Sequence record: MZ234030.1
Length of the DNA: 64,000 bases
Strand: one strand, 5' to 3'
Origin: Escherichia phage vB_EcoM-CHD16UKE1
A program made the translations under genes and the position numbers. Every line of letters starts with the position of its first letter. Position 1 is the stretch's first letter. Below the pieces are notes generated by a model. That model saw only the letters and a list, made by a program, of their open reading frames with translations. It was not told the origin of the DNA and did no database searches. Below, one piece after another: positions 38,620 to 48,277 of the stretch.

Positions 38620-38865
38620 ATGGCTAGTACTCGCGGTTATGTTAATATTAAAACATTTGAGCAAAAATTAGATGGAAATAAGAAAATTGAAGGAAAGGAA
38701 ATTTCTGTAGCTTTCCCTCTTTATTCTGACGTTCACAAAATTTCTGGCGCTCATTATCAGATATTCCCTTCAGAAAAAGCAGCATATTCTACAGTATATG
38801 AAGAAAATCAACGTACTGAATGGATTACTGCAAACGAAGATTTGTGGAAAGTAACTGGTGAATAA
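38620..38865 (+). CDS. soc: small outer capsid protein Soc (81 aa)
   Basis: ORF track; sequence and length match recalled T4 Soc. Confidence 0.85.
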   Translation: MASTRGYVNIKTFEQKLDGNKKIEGKEISVAFPLYSDVHKISGAHYQIFPSEKAAYSTVYEENQRTEWITANEDLWKVTGE

Positions 38866-38871
38866 ATTCAA

Positions 38872-38895
38872 GGACTCCTTCGGGAGTCCTTTTTT
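38872..38895 (+). terminator. intrinsic terminator (GGACUCC-UUCG-GGAGUCC + T6)
   Basis: ggactccttcgggagtcctttttt. Confidence 0.7.
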
Positions 38896-38961
38896 CATTT
38901 TACCGGTTTACTTTCCAAAATGAGTATGGTATAATAAAATTATCTTATAGAGGAGAGCACT

Positions 38962-39174
38962 ATGTTAAATCGCTGGATTAAACCAAATGAAGACCTCCAG
39001 AAGGTTCTTGATAAAGCTATCTCTGATAAATGGGGTATGAAAAGCTGGGATTGTGATATCGTCACGCATTCATTCATGATGCATGCAGATGGTTCAGTCG
39101 AGTTCAATGCTGAAATGCGATACACTGATTGGGGTGGATTTCAAAGAGTCGAATTTCAAAGAGGCTTTTTGTAA
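38962..39174 (+). CDS. hypothetical protein (70 aa)
   Basis: ORF track. Confidence 0.4.
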   Translation: MLNRWIKPNEDLQKVLDKAISDKWGMKSWDCDIVTHSFMMHADGSVEFNAEMRYTDWGGFQRVEFQRGFL

Positions 39175-39512
39175 TGTTTATCTTTAATTGGTTTAAAAGT
39201 TTCTTTACGGATTTTTTCTCTACAACTCCCGGAGAAGGTGTAGTTCCTATTTCAAATGACTACCTTCCTTTAACTGTAGTTGAATATGTTTATATGGGAG
39301 ATGGAACAGTAGAAGCAGTTACTATGACTTATGAAGAAGCCCAGGAATATTATAAAAATCCTTGGCGTTGGTCAACACCTACATCATCTAATACGCAGAA
39401 TACACAGTCTAGTTCTGATTCATATGATACTAATGTTCCTGTTCATGTGTGGACGGGCGATTCATGTGGAAGTTCTTGTGATTCTAGTTGTTCATCTACA
39501 TCTTGTGATTGA
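39174..39512 (+). CDS. membrane-anchored protein with Cys/Ser-rich C-terminal tail (112 aa)
   Basis: ORF track 39129..39512; ATG 39174 (TAATG overlap); tail [18 protein letters not shown]. Confidence 0.4.
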   Translation: MFIFNWFKSFFTDFFSTTPGEGVVPISNDYLPLTVVEYVYMGDGTVEAVTMTYEEAQEYYKNPWRWSTPTSSNTQNTQSSSDSYDTNVPVHVWTGDSCGSSCDSSCSSTSCD

Positions 39513-39520
39513 GGAAAATT

Positions 39521-40006
39521 ATGGAAGCGATTTTGTTTGAAATGTATATTAGCAGTAATAGTTTGTCATTTGCTAAAGATGTTCCAATTACTGTAGCAGT
39601 AATGATTGATAAGGGTTATTGTGACCCAATGTATCTCGTAGAAAATTTCGTTTCAATGCCAGTTCCAGAAGATGCTGAAATAAAACTTAAAAAGATTGGT
39701 ATTATTGAAACTGTACCAAATATTCCGTTTAGAGCAATTGAAGCATTTACTAAATCAGAATACATTAATGTTAGCGCAGAACAATATAATGATAAACCTT
39801 TATCTTTTTATTCGTACGATTCAGTATATAGTTGGAAAATAGATAAAGGAAATAAATTTATAATTGCGAGTGAAGATGCTTTATCATACTTTATTTCTTC
39901 TGTATGGAATAGTTTACATCCAAATTTGCTCAAAATTCATGAATTTGATGATGCTCCTACTGTTGTTTTAGGTAAAACAAATGAAAGCTCTGAAGAAGAT
40001 GCTTGA
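39521..40006 (+). CDS. hypothetical protein (161 aa from ATG 39521)
   Basis: ORF track 39509..40006 (TTG); first ATG 39521. Confidence 0.45.
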   Translation: MEAILFEMYISSNSLSFAKDVPITVAVMIDKGYCDPMYLVENFVSMPVPEDAEIKLKKIGIIETVPNIPFRAIEAFTKSEYINVSAEQYNDKPLSFYSYDSVYSWKIDKGNKFIIASEDALSYFISSVWNSLHPNLLKIHEFDDAPTVVLGKTNESSEEDA

Positions 40007-40184
40007 ATGGTTCAATAGACCAAACTCGATGTATATTGATGATGGTTGGGTTGAACAAGCAAATAAAGAAATGCAGAACGAATCGGAAGAATGGATGAAA
40101 TCAATGATTAGTGCTGAGAAAGAAAAGAAATTAGAACGCTCAGCGCTTAAATTGATGAGAGACATCTATGGTGATAAATCATGA
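39981..40184 (+). CDS. hypothetical protein (67 aa)
   Basis: ORF track. Confidence 0.35.
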   Translation: MKALKKMLEWFNRPNSMYIDDGWVEQANKEMQNESEEWMKSMISAEKEKKLERSALKLMRDIYGDKS

Positions 40185-40345
40185 ACAAAGATATAACGTT
40201 AGAAGAGGCTAAAGCAAAAGCAAATGAAGCACTGGATTTGCTTCTTAAAATTGGCAGTAAAATGATGGAAGAAAATGAGAAATATATCCAGGAAAACAAA
40301 ATTCCCGATGGTCCATTAGTAGGCAAAAGGAAATCACATGATTGA
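40181..40345 (+). CDS. hypothetical small protein (54 aa)
   Basis: ATG 40181 to TGA 40343-40345. Confidence 0.3.
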   Translation: MNKDITLEEAKAKANEALDLLLKIGSKMMEENEKYIQENKIPDGPLVGKRKSHD

Positions 40346-40808
40346 AGTAGCAAAACATTATTCAGTAGAATTCATGTCTAAAGAAGGTAAATCAGTAAAT
40401 ACTCTTGGTAAAAAATGCTCATTAATTATTCCTTTAGCAGAAAATCCGGATTTTTTAATTAAAGATATAAAAGAAAGAAAATATCCAGAAAATGTTATTC
40501 TAATTATAAAGCATACTGAAGATATTTTGCAGAATACAGATTCACCGTTTTCTTCTTCTGAAGCTTTAACTATTAAAGGCTATAAAAGAGCTCATGAATA
40601 TGGTCTTTTTGACCTGTTTGAAGATGATAAAGTTAAATTAGTGAGTCAACCTTCTAAAAGTAAAACATTCATTATTGAAGATATTAAAGATATAAATGCA
40701 TTTGTTAAGATGGTCTGGGCTCATTTTGATGTTGGACTACGTTGGAGAATGTCCGAAGAAGAAAGAAAGATTATTGAAGCTAATCGTCAATTTGGTTTTT
40801 ATCGCTAG
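40338..40808 (+). CDS. hypothetical protein (156 aa)
   Basis: ORF track. Confidence 0.45.
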   Translation: MIEVAKHYSVEFMSKEGKSVNTLGKKCSLIIPLAENPDFLIKDIKERKYPENVILIIKHTEDILQNTDSPFSSSEALTIKGYKRAHEYGLFDLFEDDKVKLVSQPSKSKTFIIEDIKDINAFVKMVWAHFDVGLRWRMSEEERKIIEANRQFGFYR

Positions 40809-40816
40809 GAATTAAT

Positions 40817-40999
40817 ATGGATTTATTTGAGATGTTAGAAGATAATCATTCTACGAATAACCAGAATGATTCTAGTGATTATAAGAAAGAGTACCGTATA
40901 GTATTACAGAATTATGGAATTGAAGCCCCAGATGCTCTTCTAGAAGAACTAGCTTCATACCATCTTGACCCTCCGCCTTGGGCTCCCTGGGCAAAATAA
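40817..40999 (+). CDS. hypothetical acidic protein (60 aa)
   Basis: ORF track. Confidence 0.4.
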   Translation: MDLFEMLEDNHSTNNQNDSSDYKKEYRIVLQNYGIEAPDALLEELASYHLDPPPWAPWAK

Positions 41000-41010
41000 T
41001 TCAAAAAGTT

Positions 41011-41040
41011 GTTTACTTTCCTTTCTAACGATGATATGAT
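41011..41040 (+). promoter_or_regulatory. T4-type early promoter (GTTTAC / TATGAT)
   Basis: gtttactttcctttctaacgatgatatgat. Confidence 0.5.
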
Positions 41041-41066
41041 AGCTTCTGAAGTATACGGAGGCTATC

Positions 41067-41690
41067 ATGATTATTAATCTTGCAGATGTTGAACAGTTAT
41101 CTATAAAAGCTGAAAGCGTTGATTTTCAATATGATATGTATAAAAAGGTCTGTGAAAAATTTACTGACTTTGAACAGTCAGTTCTTTGGCAGTGTATGGA
41201 AGCCAAAAAGAATGAAGCTCTTCATCGGCAGTTGAATAAAATCGTTAAAAAGCATTTAACTAAATCGCCTTATCAGCTATATCGTGGTATATCAAAATCG
41301 ACAAAAGAACTCATTAAAGATTTACAAGTCGGAGAAGTGTTTTCAACGAACAGAGTAGATTCATTTACTACTAGTTTGCACACAGCATGTGGTTTTTCTT
41401 ATGTTGAGTATTTCACTGAAATAATATTTCGCTTAAAAACTGATAAAGCTTTTAATTATTCTGACCATATCAGCGATATTATACTTTCTTCTCCTAATAC
41501 TGAATTTAAGTATACATATGAAGATACTGATGGATTAGATTCAGAACGTACTGATAACTTAATGATGATTGTACGTGAACAAGAATGGATGATTCCAATT
41601 GGAAAGTATAAAATAACTTCTATTTCAAAAGAAAAATTACACGATTCATTTGGAACATTTAAAGTTTATGATATTGAGGTAGTTGAATGA
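41067..41690 (+). CDS. modB: ADP-ribosyltransferase ModB (207 aa)
   Basis: ORF track; paralogue of next ORF; lengths 207/200 as in T4 ModB/ModA. Confidence 0.7.
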   Translation: MIINLADVEQLSIKAESVDFQYDMYKKVCEKFTDFEQSVLWQCMEAKKNEALHRQLNKIVKKHLTKSPYQLYRGISKSTKELIKDLQVGEVFSTNRVDSFTTSLHTACGFSYVEYFTEIIFRLKTDKAFNYSDHISDIILSSPNTEFKYTYEDTDGLDSERTDNLMMIVREQEWMIPIGKYKITSISKEKLHDSFGTFKVYDIEVVE

Positions 41691-42289
41691 AATACTCAAT
41701 AATGCAACTAAAAGATTTTAAAATAAAATCAATGGATGCATCGGTGCGTGCTTCTATTCGTGAAGAATTACTTTCTGAAGGGTTTAATTTATCTGAAATT
41801 GAACTTTTAATTCATTGTATTACTAATAAACCAGATGACCATACTTGGTTAAATGAAATAATCAAATCTCGTTTGGAACCAAACGATAAACCTCTTTGGA
41901 GAGGTGTTCCAGCTGAGACTAAGCAAGTATTAAATCAAGGAATTGATATTATTACATTTGATAAAGTCGTATCAGCTTCATATGATAAAAATATAGCTCT
42001 ACATTTTGCTTCCGGTTTAGAGTATAACACACAAGTTATTTTTGAATTCAAAGCTCCTATGGTATTCAATTTCCAGGAGTATGCTATAAAAGCTCTACGC
42101 TGTAAAGAATACAATCCAAACTTTAAGTTTCCGGATAGTCATCGTTATCGTAATATGGAATTAGTTTCAGATGAACAAGAAGTAATGATACCAGCTGGAA
42201 GTGTATTTAGAATTGCAGATAGATATGAGTATAAAAAGTGTTCAACATACACTATCTATACTCTTGATTTTGAAGGATTTAATCTATAA
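41687..42289 (+). CDS. modA: ADP-ribosyltransferase ModA (200 aa)
   Basis: ORF track; paralogue pair. Confidence 0.7.
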   Translation: MKYSIMQLKDFKIKSMDASVRASIREELLSEGFNLSEIELLIHCITNKPDDHTWLNEIIKSRLEPNDKPLWRGVPAETKQVLNQGIDIITFDKVVSASYDKNIALHFASGLEYNTQVIFEFKAPMVFNFQEYAIKALRCKEYNPNFKFPDSHRYRNMELVSDEQEVMIPAGSVFRIADRYEYKKCSTYTIYTLDFEGFNL

Positions 42290-42346
42290 TGGAAGGACTT
42301 AGATTCATTATACCATGAAATTTTTAAAGCATTTTTACATAAAGTT

Positions 42347-42376
42347 GTTTACAATCTGAAGTAAAAATGTTATAGT
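42347..42376 (+). promoter_or_regulatory. T4-type early promoter (GTTTAC / TATAGT)
   Basis: gtttacaatctgaagtaaaaatgttatagt. Confidence 0.55.
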
Positions 42377-42414
42377 AATAAAGTATTAAATCGTCCGTAA
42401 GATGTGAGAAAAAT

Positions 42415-43161
42415 ATGAAGCTGTCTAATAATCAAATTCGTAAAATTAAACGTCGTCTAGAGCATACTCAGGCATCTGCAAAAAGACGTTCTAAAGATTT
42501 TAACTTAGACTTCAATTACATTAAGAACATTTTAGATCAAAAAGTTTGTGCCTATTCAGGAGAACCTTTTGATAATCGTATTGAAGGAGAGAAATTATCA
42601 TTAGAACGTTTTGATAATAACGTTGGATACATTAAAGGGAATGTTATTGCAGTAAAGAAAAAGTATAATACATTTCGTTCTGATTATACTTTAGAGGAGT
42701 TGATTGAAAAGCGTGATTTATTTGCTTTGCGAATTGGTCGTTCATCTGCGAAAAAAGTTCATAAACTAAATTTAGATGAAAAGAAATGGGCTAAAATCAA
42801 AAAGACTTATAATCAAATTAAAGCTATACAGAAAAAACGTGAAAACCGAATTGAACACATTTCTCAGCTTTCTAAATCAAAACAGACCTCTGACATTAAG
42901 CTAAGGATTATAGCACTTAAAGCTCGTATTGATGGTTCTCGCATAGCAGAAGGCGCTGAAGTTGTTAAATTGAACGTTCTTCTTAAAGGCTCGGATTGGA
43001 AAATTGTGAAAAAGTTGTCAGAAGCAGAAATGCAATATGATATGTGTGATAAAATTATTCAAGGTGTAGAGCGGTATCAAAACTTGTCTTTTATTGATAA
43101 ACTTAAACTGAAAAGAGGATATCCGCTAAATTGTTCAATTTTTAAACTTATCCGAGGATAA
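42415..43161 (+). CDS. basic protein with degenerate HNH-like segment (248 aa; occupies the T4 srd position)
   Basis: ORF track; CAYSGEPF...LSLERFDNNVGYIKGNVIAV resembles HNH core but lacks the catalytic His. Confidence 0.4.
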   Translation: MKLSNNQIRKIKRRLEHTQASAKRRSKDFNLDFNYIKNILDQKVCAYSGEPFDNRIEGEKLSLERFDNNVGYIKGNVIAVKKKYNTFRSDYTLEELIEKRDLFALRIGRSSAKKVHKLNLDEKKWAKIKKTYNQIKAIQKKRENRIEHISQLSKSKQTSDIKLRIIALKARIDGSRIAEGAEVVKLNVLLKGSDWKIVKKLSEAEMQYDMCDKIIQGVERYQNLSFIDKLKLKRGYPLNCSIFKLIRG

Positions 43162-43162
43162 T

Positions 43163-43474
43163 ATGGTTTATGTATATGCGATAGTTTACCGAGACAAAGA
43201 CGGATTTACGGCGCCAGTTCCGCTTGATGAACATCGTCCTGCTGTATTTTTTGAATGGAATATTGCTGATAAAGTATTTACTACTCTTAAAGAGCAGTAT
43301 CGATTAGCTTTAGGTAAGGGAATTCCAAGATTAGTTGAGACTCCACGCAAGTTTTGGTTTAATAAAATAGAAGTTAAACATGTTAAGCCTGACGTAGACA
43401 CGCAAAGATTATATCAGCGAATTTTAGATACTGGGCGTATTGTTAGTATACCAATTGCAGGGAATTTACGATGA
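43163..43474 (+). CDS. hypothetical protein (103 aa)
   Basis: ORF track. Confidence 0.4.
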   Translation: MVYVYAIVYRDKDGFTAPVPLDEHRPAVFFEWNIADKVFTTLKEQYRLALGKGIPRLVETPRKFWFNKIEVKHVKPDVDTQRLYQRILDTGRIVSIPIAGNLR

Positions 43475-44790
43475 CATTTGATGATTTGACCGAAGGCCAG
43501 AAAAATGCCTTTAACATCGTTATGAGGGCTATTAAAGAAAAGAAACATCATGTAACTATTAATGGACCTGCTGGTACTGGTAAGACTACTCTTACTAAGT
43601 TCATCATTGAAGCTTTAATATCAACAGGCGAAACTGGTATCATTTTGGCAGCTCCTACACATGCAGCTAAAAAGATTCTTTCAAAACTGTCGGGGAAAGA
43701 AGCGAGTACTATTCACAGTATTCTCAAAATTAACCCAGTTACGTATGAAGAAAACGTTCTTTTTGAACAGAAGGAAGTACCGGATTTAGCTAAATGCAGG
43801 GTATTAATCTGCGACGAAGTGTCAATGTATGATAGAAAGCTATTTAAAATTCTGCTTTCAACTATCCCGCCGTGGTGTACTATAATTGGAATAGGTGATA
43901 ATAAGCAAATTAGACCTGTTGATCCAGGAGAAAATACTGCTTATATCAGTCCATTCTTTACACACAAAGATTTTTATCAGTGTGAACTTACTGAAGTTAA
44001 ACGCAGTAATGCTCCTATTATTGATGTAGCTACTGATGTTCGCAACGGTAAGTGGATTTATGATAAAGTTGTTGACGGTCATGGAGTACGTGGATTTACT
44101 GGTGATACCGCTTTACGCGATTTTATGGTAAATTATTTTTCAATCGTCAAATCACTAGATGATTTGTTTGAAAATCGCGTAATGGCATTTACGAATAAAT
44201 CTGTTGACAAGTTAAATAGCATTATTCGTAAAAAGATTTTTGAAACTGATAAAGATTTTATTGTCGGTGAAATTATTGTAATGCAGGAACCATTAATTAA
44301 AACATATAAAATTGATGGAAAGCCTGTGTCAGAAATTATTTTTAATAACGGACAATTAGTTCGTATTATAGAAGCAGAGTATACATCGACGTTTGTTAAA
44401 GCTCGTGGTGTTCCTGGAGAATATCTAATTCGTCATTGGGATTTAACAGTAGAAACTTATGGCGATGATGAATATTATCGTGAAAAGATTAAAATAATTT
44501 CATCTGATGAAGAACTGTATAAGTTTAACCTATTTTTAGGTAAAACGGCAGAAACTTATAAAAATTGGAACAAAGGCGGAAAAGCTCCATGGAGTGATTT
44601 TTGGGATGCTAAATCACAGTTTAGTAAAGTGAAAGCACTTCCTGCATCAACATTCCATAAAGCACAGGGCATGTCTGTAGACCGTGCTTTCATTTATACG
44701 CCTTGTATTCATTATGCAGATGCTGAATTGGCTCAACAACTTCTTTATGTTGGTGTCACCCGTGGTCGTTATGATGTATTTTATGTGTGA
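43471..44790 (+). CDS. dda: DNA helicase Dda (439 aa)
   Basis: ORF track; Walker A GPAGTGKTT; length matches T4 Dda. Confidence 0.9.
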   Translation: MTFDDLTEGQKNAFNIVMRAIKEKKHHVTINGPAGTGKTTLTKFIIEALISTGETGIILAAPTHAAKKILSKLSGKEASTIHSILKINPVTYEENVLFEQKEVPDLAKCRVLICDEVSMYDRKLFKILLSTIPPWCTIIGIGDNKQIRPVDPGENTAYISPFFTHKDFYQCELTEVKRSNAPIIDVATDVRNGKWIYDKVVDGHGVRGFTGDTALRDFMVNYFSIVKSLDDLFENRVMAFTNKSVDKLNSIIRKKIFETDKDFIVGEIIVMQEPLIKTYKIDGKPVSEIIFNNGQLVRIIEAEYTSTFVKARGVPGEYLIRHWDLTVETYGDDEYYREKIKIISSDEELYKFNLFLGKTAETYKNWNKGGKAPWSDFWDAKSQFSKVKALPASTFHKAQGMSVDRAFIYTPCIHYADAELAQQLLYVGVTRGRYDVFYV

Positions 44791-44796
44791 GGATAT

Positions 44797-45057
44797 ATGA
44801 TTAACATCAATTCAAAATATTTAAATCGTCTAATAGATGGTATAAGGAAGCATACTAATAAGCAAGATAATCTTAATGTTATGGTAACAGGAGCTGAGCT
44901 CCTTCATAAGCTTTATCTTATAAGTGATACTATATTAGCAATTAAACGAATTGAAAAACAATCATATCACAGTAATACAGATACGGTAATTACACTAGAT
45001 GAAAGTGTTTGTAAATTACTGATTAAATTTGAGGAAGCTATTCGTGGAAATAACTAA
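44797..45057 (+). CDS. hypothetical protein (86 aa)
   Basis: ORF track. Confidence 0.4.
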   Translation: MININSKYLNRLIDGIRKHTNKQDNLNVMVTGAELLHKLYLISDTILAIKRIEKQSYHSNTDTVITLDESVCKLLIKFEEAIRGNN

Positions 45058-45289
45058 AGATCAGTTTTATCTTCTTCAAGATAAAGTAAGCGAAATTTAT
45101 GAAATTGCTTATAGCAAAAATCGTGAAACTGTAAAAATAGAATCTAGTAAGTTGATGCTTCAATTAGAAGAAATTGAACGAGATTTAATTGCGTTAGAAT
45201 TCTTTTGTGGTGAAGTTAAAACTGTTACAATCAATGATTACGTTTTAGGCGAAATTAGCTATCTTTATAAGGCGATTATTAATGATTGA
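45029..45289 (+). CDS. hypothetical protein (about 81-86 aa; non-ATG start TTG 45029 or GTG 45044)
   Basis: ORF track; paralogous to next ORF. Confidence 0.35.
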   Translation: MRKLFVEITKDQFYLLQDKVSEIYEIAYSKNRETVKIESSKLMLQLEEIERDLIALEFFCGEVKTVTINDYVLGEISYLYKAIIND

Positions 45290-45524
45290 ATTAAGTTGGT
45301 ACCAATTTAAATCTCTTATGACAAATGTTAAAGCTGTCATTGAAGAAAATCCGGGTCCTGAAAATATTACTATTCGCGAAAAAGCTTTAAAGATAGTATA
45401 CAGTCTTGAAGAAATACAAAAAGATATTGAATCTATGGCAAAATTTATTGATGAGCCTATCAATAAAGTTTATATTCAAGACTATACTGTAGGTCAAATT
45501 CGTGATTTAGCGAGGAAAATTTAA
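45282..45524 (+). CDS. hypothetical protein (80 aa)
   Basis: ORF track. Confidence 0.4.
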   Translation: MIELSWYQFKSLMTNVKAVIEENPGPENITIREKALKIVYSLEEIQKDIESMAKFIDEPINKVYIQDYTVGQIRDLARKI

Positions 45525-46207
45525 TGTTTGATTTTATTATAGATTTTGAAACAATGGGAAGCGGTGAAAAAGCAGCTGTTATTGATTTGGCTGTAATTGC
45601 TTTTGACCCTAACCCAGAAGTAGTTGAAACATTTGATGAATTAGTTTCACGCGGCATTAAAATCAAATTTGATTTAAAAAGCCAAAAAGGACATCGTCTT
45701 TTTACTAAAAGCACTATCGAATGGTGGAAGAATCAATCTCCTGAAGCTCGAAAAAATATTGCACCATCAGATGAAGATGTAAGCACTATCGATGGTATTG
45801 CAAAATTTAATGATTACATCAATGCACATAATATCGATCCTTGGAAATCTCAAGGCTGGTGCCGTGGAATGTCGTTTGATTTTCCAATTTTAGTCGATCT
45901 CATTCGTGATATTCAACGTCTTAATGGTGTTTCTGAGAATGAGCTTGACACATTTAAGTTAGAACCATGTAAATTCTGGAATCAGCGTGATATTCGTACC
46001 AGAATTGAAGCACTTCTCCTTGTTCGTGATATGACCACTTGTCCTCTTCCAAAGGGAACTTTAGATGGATTCGTTGCACATGATTCTATTCATGACTGTG
46101 CGAAAGACATCTTGATGATGAAGTATGCTTTGCGCTATGCTATGGGTCTTGAAGACGCTCCATCAGAGGAAGAATGCGATCCTCTATCTCTTCCAACAAA
46201 ACGATAA
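45524..46207 (+). CDS. dexA: exonuclease A DexA (227 aa)
   Basis: ORF track; DEDD-like exonuclease start FIIDFETMG; length matches T4 DexA. Confidence 0.8.
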   Translation: MFDFIIDFETMGSGEKAAVIDLAVIAFDPNPEVVETFDELVSRGIKIKFDLKSQKGHRLFTKSTIEWWKNQSPEARKNIAPSDEDVSTIDGIAKFNDYINAHNIDPWKSQGWCRGMSFDFPILVDLIRDIQRLNGVSENELDTFKLEPCKFWNQRDIRTRIEALLLVRDMTTCPLPKGTLDGFVAHDSIHDCAKDILMMKYALRYAMGLEDAPSEEECDPLSLPTKR

Positions 46208-46213
46208 AAAGTT

Positions 46214-46243
46214 ATTTACTTCCTCGGTTAGTTGTGGTATTAT
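46214..46243 (+). promoter_or_regulatory. T4-type early promoter (ATTTAC / TATTAT)
   Basis: atttacttcctcggttagttgtggtattat. Confidence 0.5.
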
Positions 46244-46270
46244 AACACCATAGCTACTGAGGATAATAAA

Positions 46271-46771
46271 ATGAAAATTTATCGTGTTGAATCATCGTTT
46301 AGTATTCTTGATTATGAAGATGCTATAATAATACGTCGAAATCTTTGTGTTCAAATAACGCCGTACAGGAGTATAATAGATTCATGGAGCGAAGAGTGGC
46401 TATTACACGTAGGTTATGACAGACCTAATTTTATGCATCATAGCGATAATAATAAAAGAATTCCTTTACCACACGAAGATAAACTATTAGTTAAAAACGC
46501 TAATATAGTAATTAATACTAAGTTCAAGAAAGATTATGTTGGAGTAGAATATCATATTCCAGGATGGTTTATAGGTCTTTATCATTTTGCTTTCGCTAGT
46601 GAATATGATATGATGAGATGGTTCACACGAGAAGAGCGGGAAGAATTATCTTCTAAAGGATTTTATCTCGCTGTATACGAAGTTCCTGAAGATGAAGTTA
46701 TCATTGGTGGGCACCAAGTAATGTTCCGCAAATCGCATGCTGAACTCGTAGATTTTATTGAAATGAGATAA
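46271..46771 (+). CDS. hypothetical protein (166 aa from ATG 46271; motB-region)
   Basis: ORF track 46232..46771 start lies inside promoter; ATG 46271 with GAGGA SD. Confidence 0.45.
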   Translation: MKIYRVESSFSILDYEDAIIIRRNLCVQITPYRSIIDSWSEEWLLHVGYDRPNFMHHSDNNKRIPLPHEDKLLVKNANIVINTKFKKDYVGVEYHIPGWFIGLYHFAFASEYDMMRWFTREEREELSSKGFYLAVYEVPEDEVIIGGHQVMFRKSHAELVDFIEMR

Positions 46772-46773
46772 TT

Positions 46774-47319
46774 ATGAAATTTAATTATAATCCTGAATAC
46801 ATACCAAATCCGGTAGCTAAACTGATTGATTTTGATGTTGTAAGCACTTATGTATGCCCTGTTAAACCACTGGAAATTAAGGAACCTACTATGACTACCG
46901 CTATTGAAATCGGCAAAACCTACAAACTGGTTGAACCTAAAATTAAAACTAATGCCTTGATTTCTGGTCATAAAACTCTGACTGATGTTTTTGGCGAAGG
47001 CGAATTTATTGTTGAAGAATTTGCCAAAAGTGAGTGGTTTGACAAATCTTACGTCATCCACGGTCGCCGGTTAGATAATAACAAAATAAAGAAAAACCTG
47101 GTTTATGAAGATGAGTTCATCCTGTTCCAAGAAGTTGAAGAACAAGACCCTACAGACCTGTTGTGTGCTGCTGTGTCTATCCGTCGTCCTTTTGATAATC
47201 CTATCTGTGGTTGGGTAACAGACCAGTGGATTGAAGATGGTGTTGAGCTTCTGAACGTTGTCCATGCAGGAGATTTTAGTGTAGTACCTCGTAGTGCGGT
47301 GGTAGCTATTTTGAATTAA
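46774..47319 (+). CDS. hypothetical protein (181 aa), paralogue of 47396..47887
   Basis: ORF track; shared C-terminal TDQW(I/V)EDGV block. Confidence 0.45.
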   Translation: MKFNYNPEYIPNPVAKLIDFDVVSTYVCPVKPLEIKEPTMTTAIEIGKTYKLVEPKIKTNALISGHKTLTDVFGEGEFIVEEFAKSEWFDKSYVIHGRRLDNNKIKKNLVYEDEFILFQEVEEQDPTDLLCAAVSIRRPFDNPICGWVTDQWIEDGVELLNVVHAGDFSVVPRSAVVAILN

Positions 47320-47321
47320 TA

Positions 47322-47351
47322 GTTTACAAACTCTTGGGACCAGAGTATAAT
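47322..47351 (+). promoter_or_regulatory. T4-type early promoter (GTTTAC / TATAAT)
   Basis: gtttacaaactcttgggaccagagtataat. Confidence 0.55.
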
Positions 47352-47395
47352 GGTCCTGTGGAGTATAAAATCTTTTTAACAAGTGAGAGATAATT

Positions 47396-47887
47396 ATGAA
47401 TATTAATATCGGTGAAATTGCTCGTGTATCTGATAAATCCCGTTCTAAAGCAGCAGGAAAATTGGTCGAAGTTGTAAGCATTCAGCTTAAACACGGTGTT
47501 AAAGATGAAGATTCTGAAGTAAAAGTACGTATCATTGCTAAAGATGGAATGTCTAAGCCCCAGTTTGGTTATGTTCGATGGAAATTTCTTGAGCCTGCGT
47601 TTTTGAAAGCTGTTCCTGCTAAAGGAATTGAAACGATTGATACTTCGCATGTAGGTGTAGACTTTAAGTGGAAACTTGGTCAAGCTATCAAGTTCATTGC
47701 TCCTTATGAGTTTGAATTTACCGAAGGTGGACAACCACTTCCTCAGCGTACTCGCGCTATGTGTGCATACATTACTGATCAATGGGTAGAAGATGGCGTT
47801 AAGTTATACAACGCGGTATTTTTAGGAACATACAAAGTCATTCCTGAAAGTTGGATTAAACACTACAGCAAAGCTCGCTATGCATAA
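47396..47887 (+). CDS. hypothetical protein (163 aa), paralogue of 46774..47319
   Basis: ORF track. Confidence 0.45.
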   Translation: MNINIGEIARVSDKSRSKAAGKLVEVVSIQLKHGVKDEDSEVKVRIIAKDGMSKPQFGYVRWKFLEPAFLKAVPAKGIETIDTSHVGVDFKWKLGQAIKFIAPYEFEFTEGGQPLPQRTRAMCAYITDQWVEDGVKLYNAVFLGTYKVIPESWIKHYSKARYA

Positions 47888-47917
47888 AGTTTAAAATTTT
47901 TTCATAAAACTATATAC

Positions 47918-47960
47918 ATCAGTAGTTGATTATGGTACTATATCAATATCAACTACTGAT
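47918..47960 (+). repeat. inverted repeat, 13-bp arms (ATCAGTAGTTGAT / ATCAACTACTGAT) around a -10-like TGGTACTATAT
   Basis: read from sequence in 170-bp non-coding gap. Confidence 0.6.
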
Positions 47961-48058
47961 ACAGAAAACAACTTGAAGAATAAAATGGATAATTCGTTAA
48001 AGGTGCGCTGATACTCTTCTGAAACGCATCGCTCCAATGTTCAATTAATGAGGAAATT

Positions 48059-48277
48059 ATGATGAAACGTAAAATTGTTCAGAATTGCACTAATGATGAA
48101 TTTGAAGATGTATTATTCGATCCAGATTTGGTAGTAGTTCAAAAGGAACACACTGCTAAGTTTACTCACTTGACTTCGGTTTATGTGTATGAAAAGGTTG
48201 GGGATAAACAACCAATTTACGGTGTATTTCGTGAAATCACTGAAGATGGCACAACTTACTGGAAGGAAATTTATTAA
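48059..48277 (+). CDS. hypothetical protein (72 aa)
   Basis: ORF track. Confidence 0.35.
   Translation: MMKRKIVQNCTNDEFEDVLFDPDLVVVQKEHTAKFTHLTSVYVYEKVGDKQPIYGVFREITEDGTTYWKEIY

Noticed and set aside
42415-43161. Active HNH homing endonuclease (mob-type mobile element) between modA and dda
   Set aside because: HNH-like spacing is present but the catalytic His and zinc-binding Cys residues are missing, and no flanking target-site duplication is visible; downgraded to a degenerate HNH-like, Srd-position protein.
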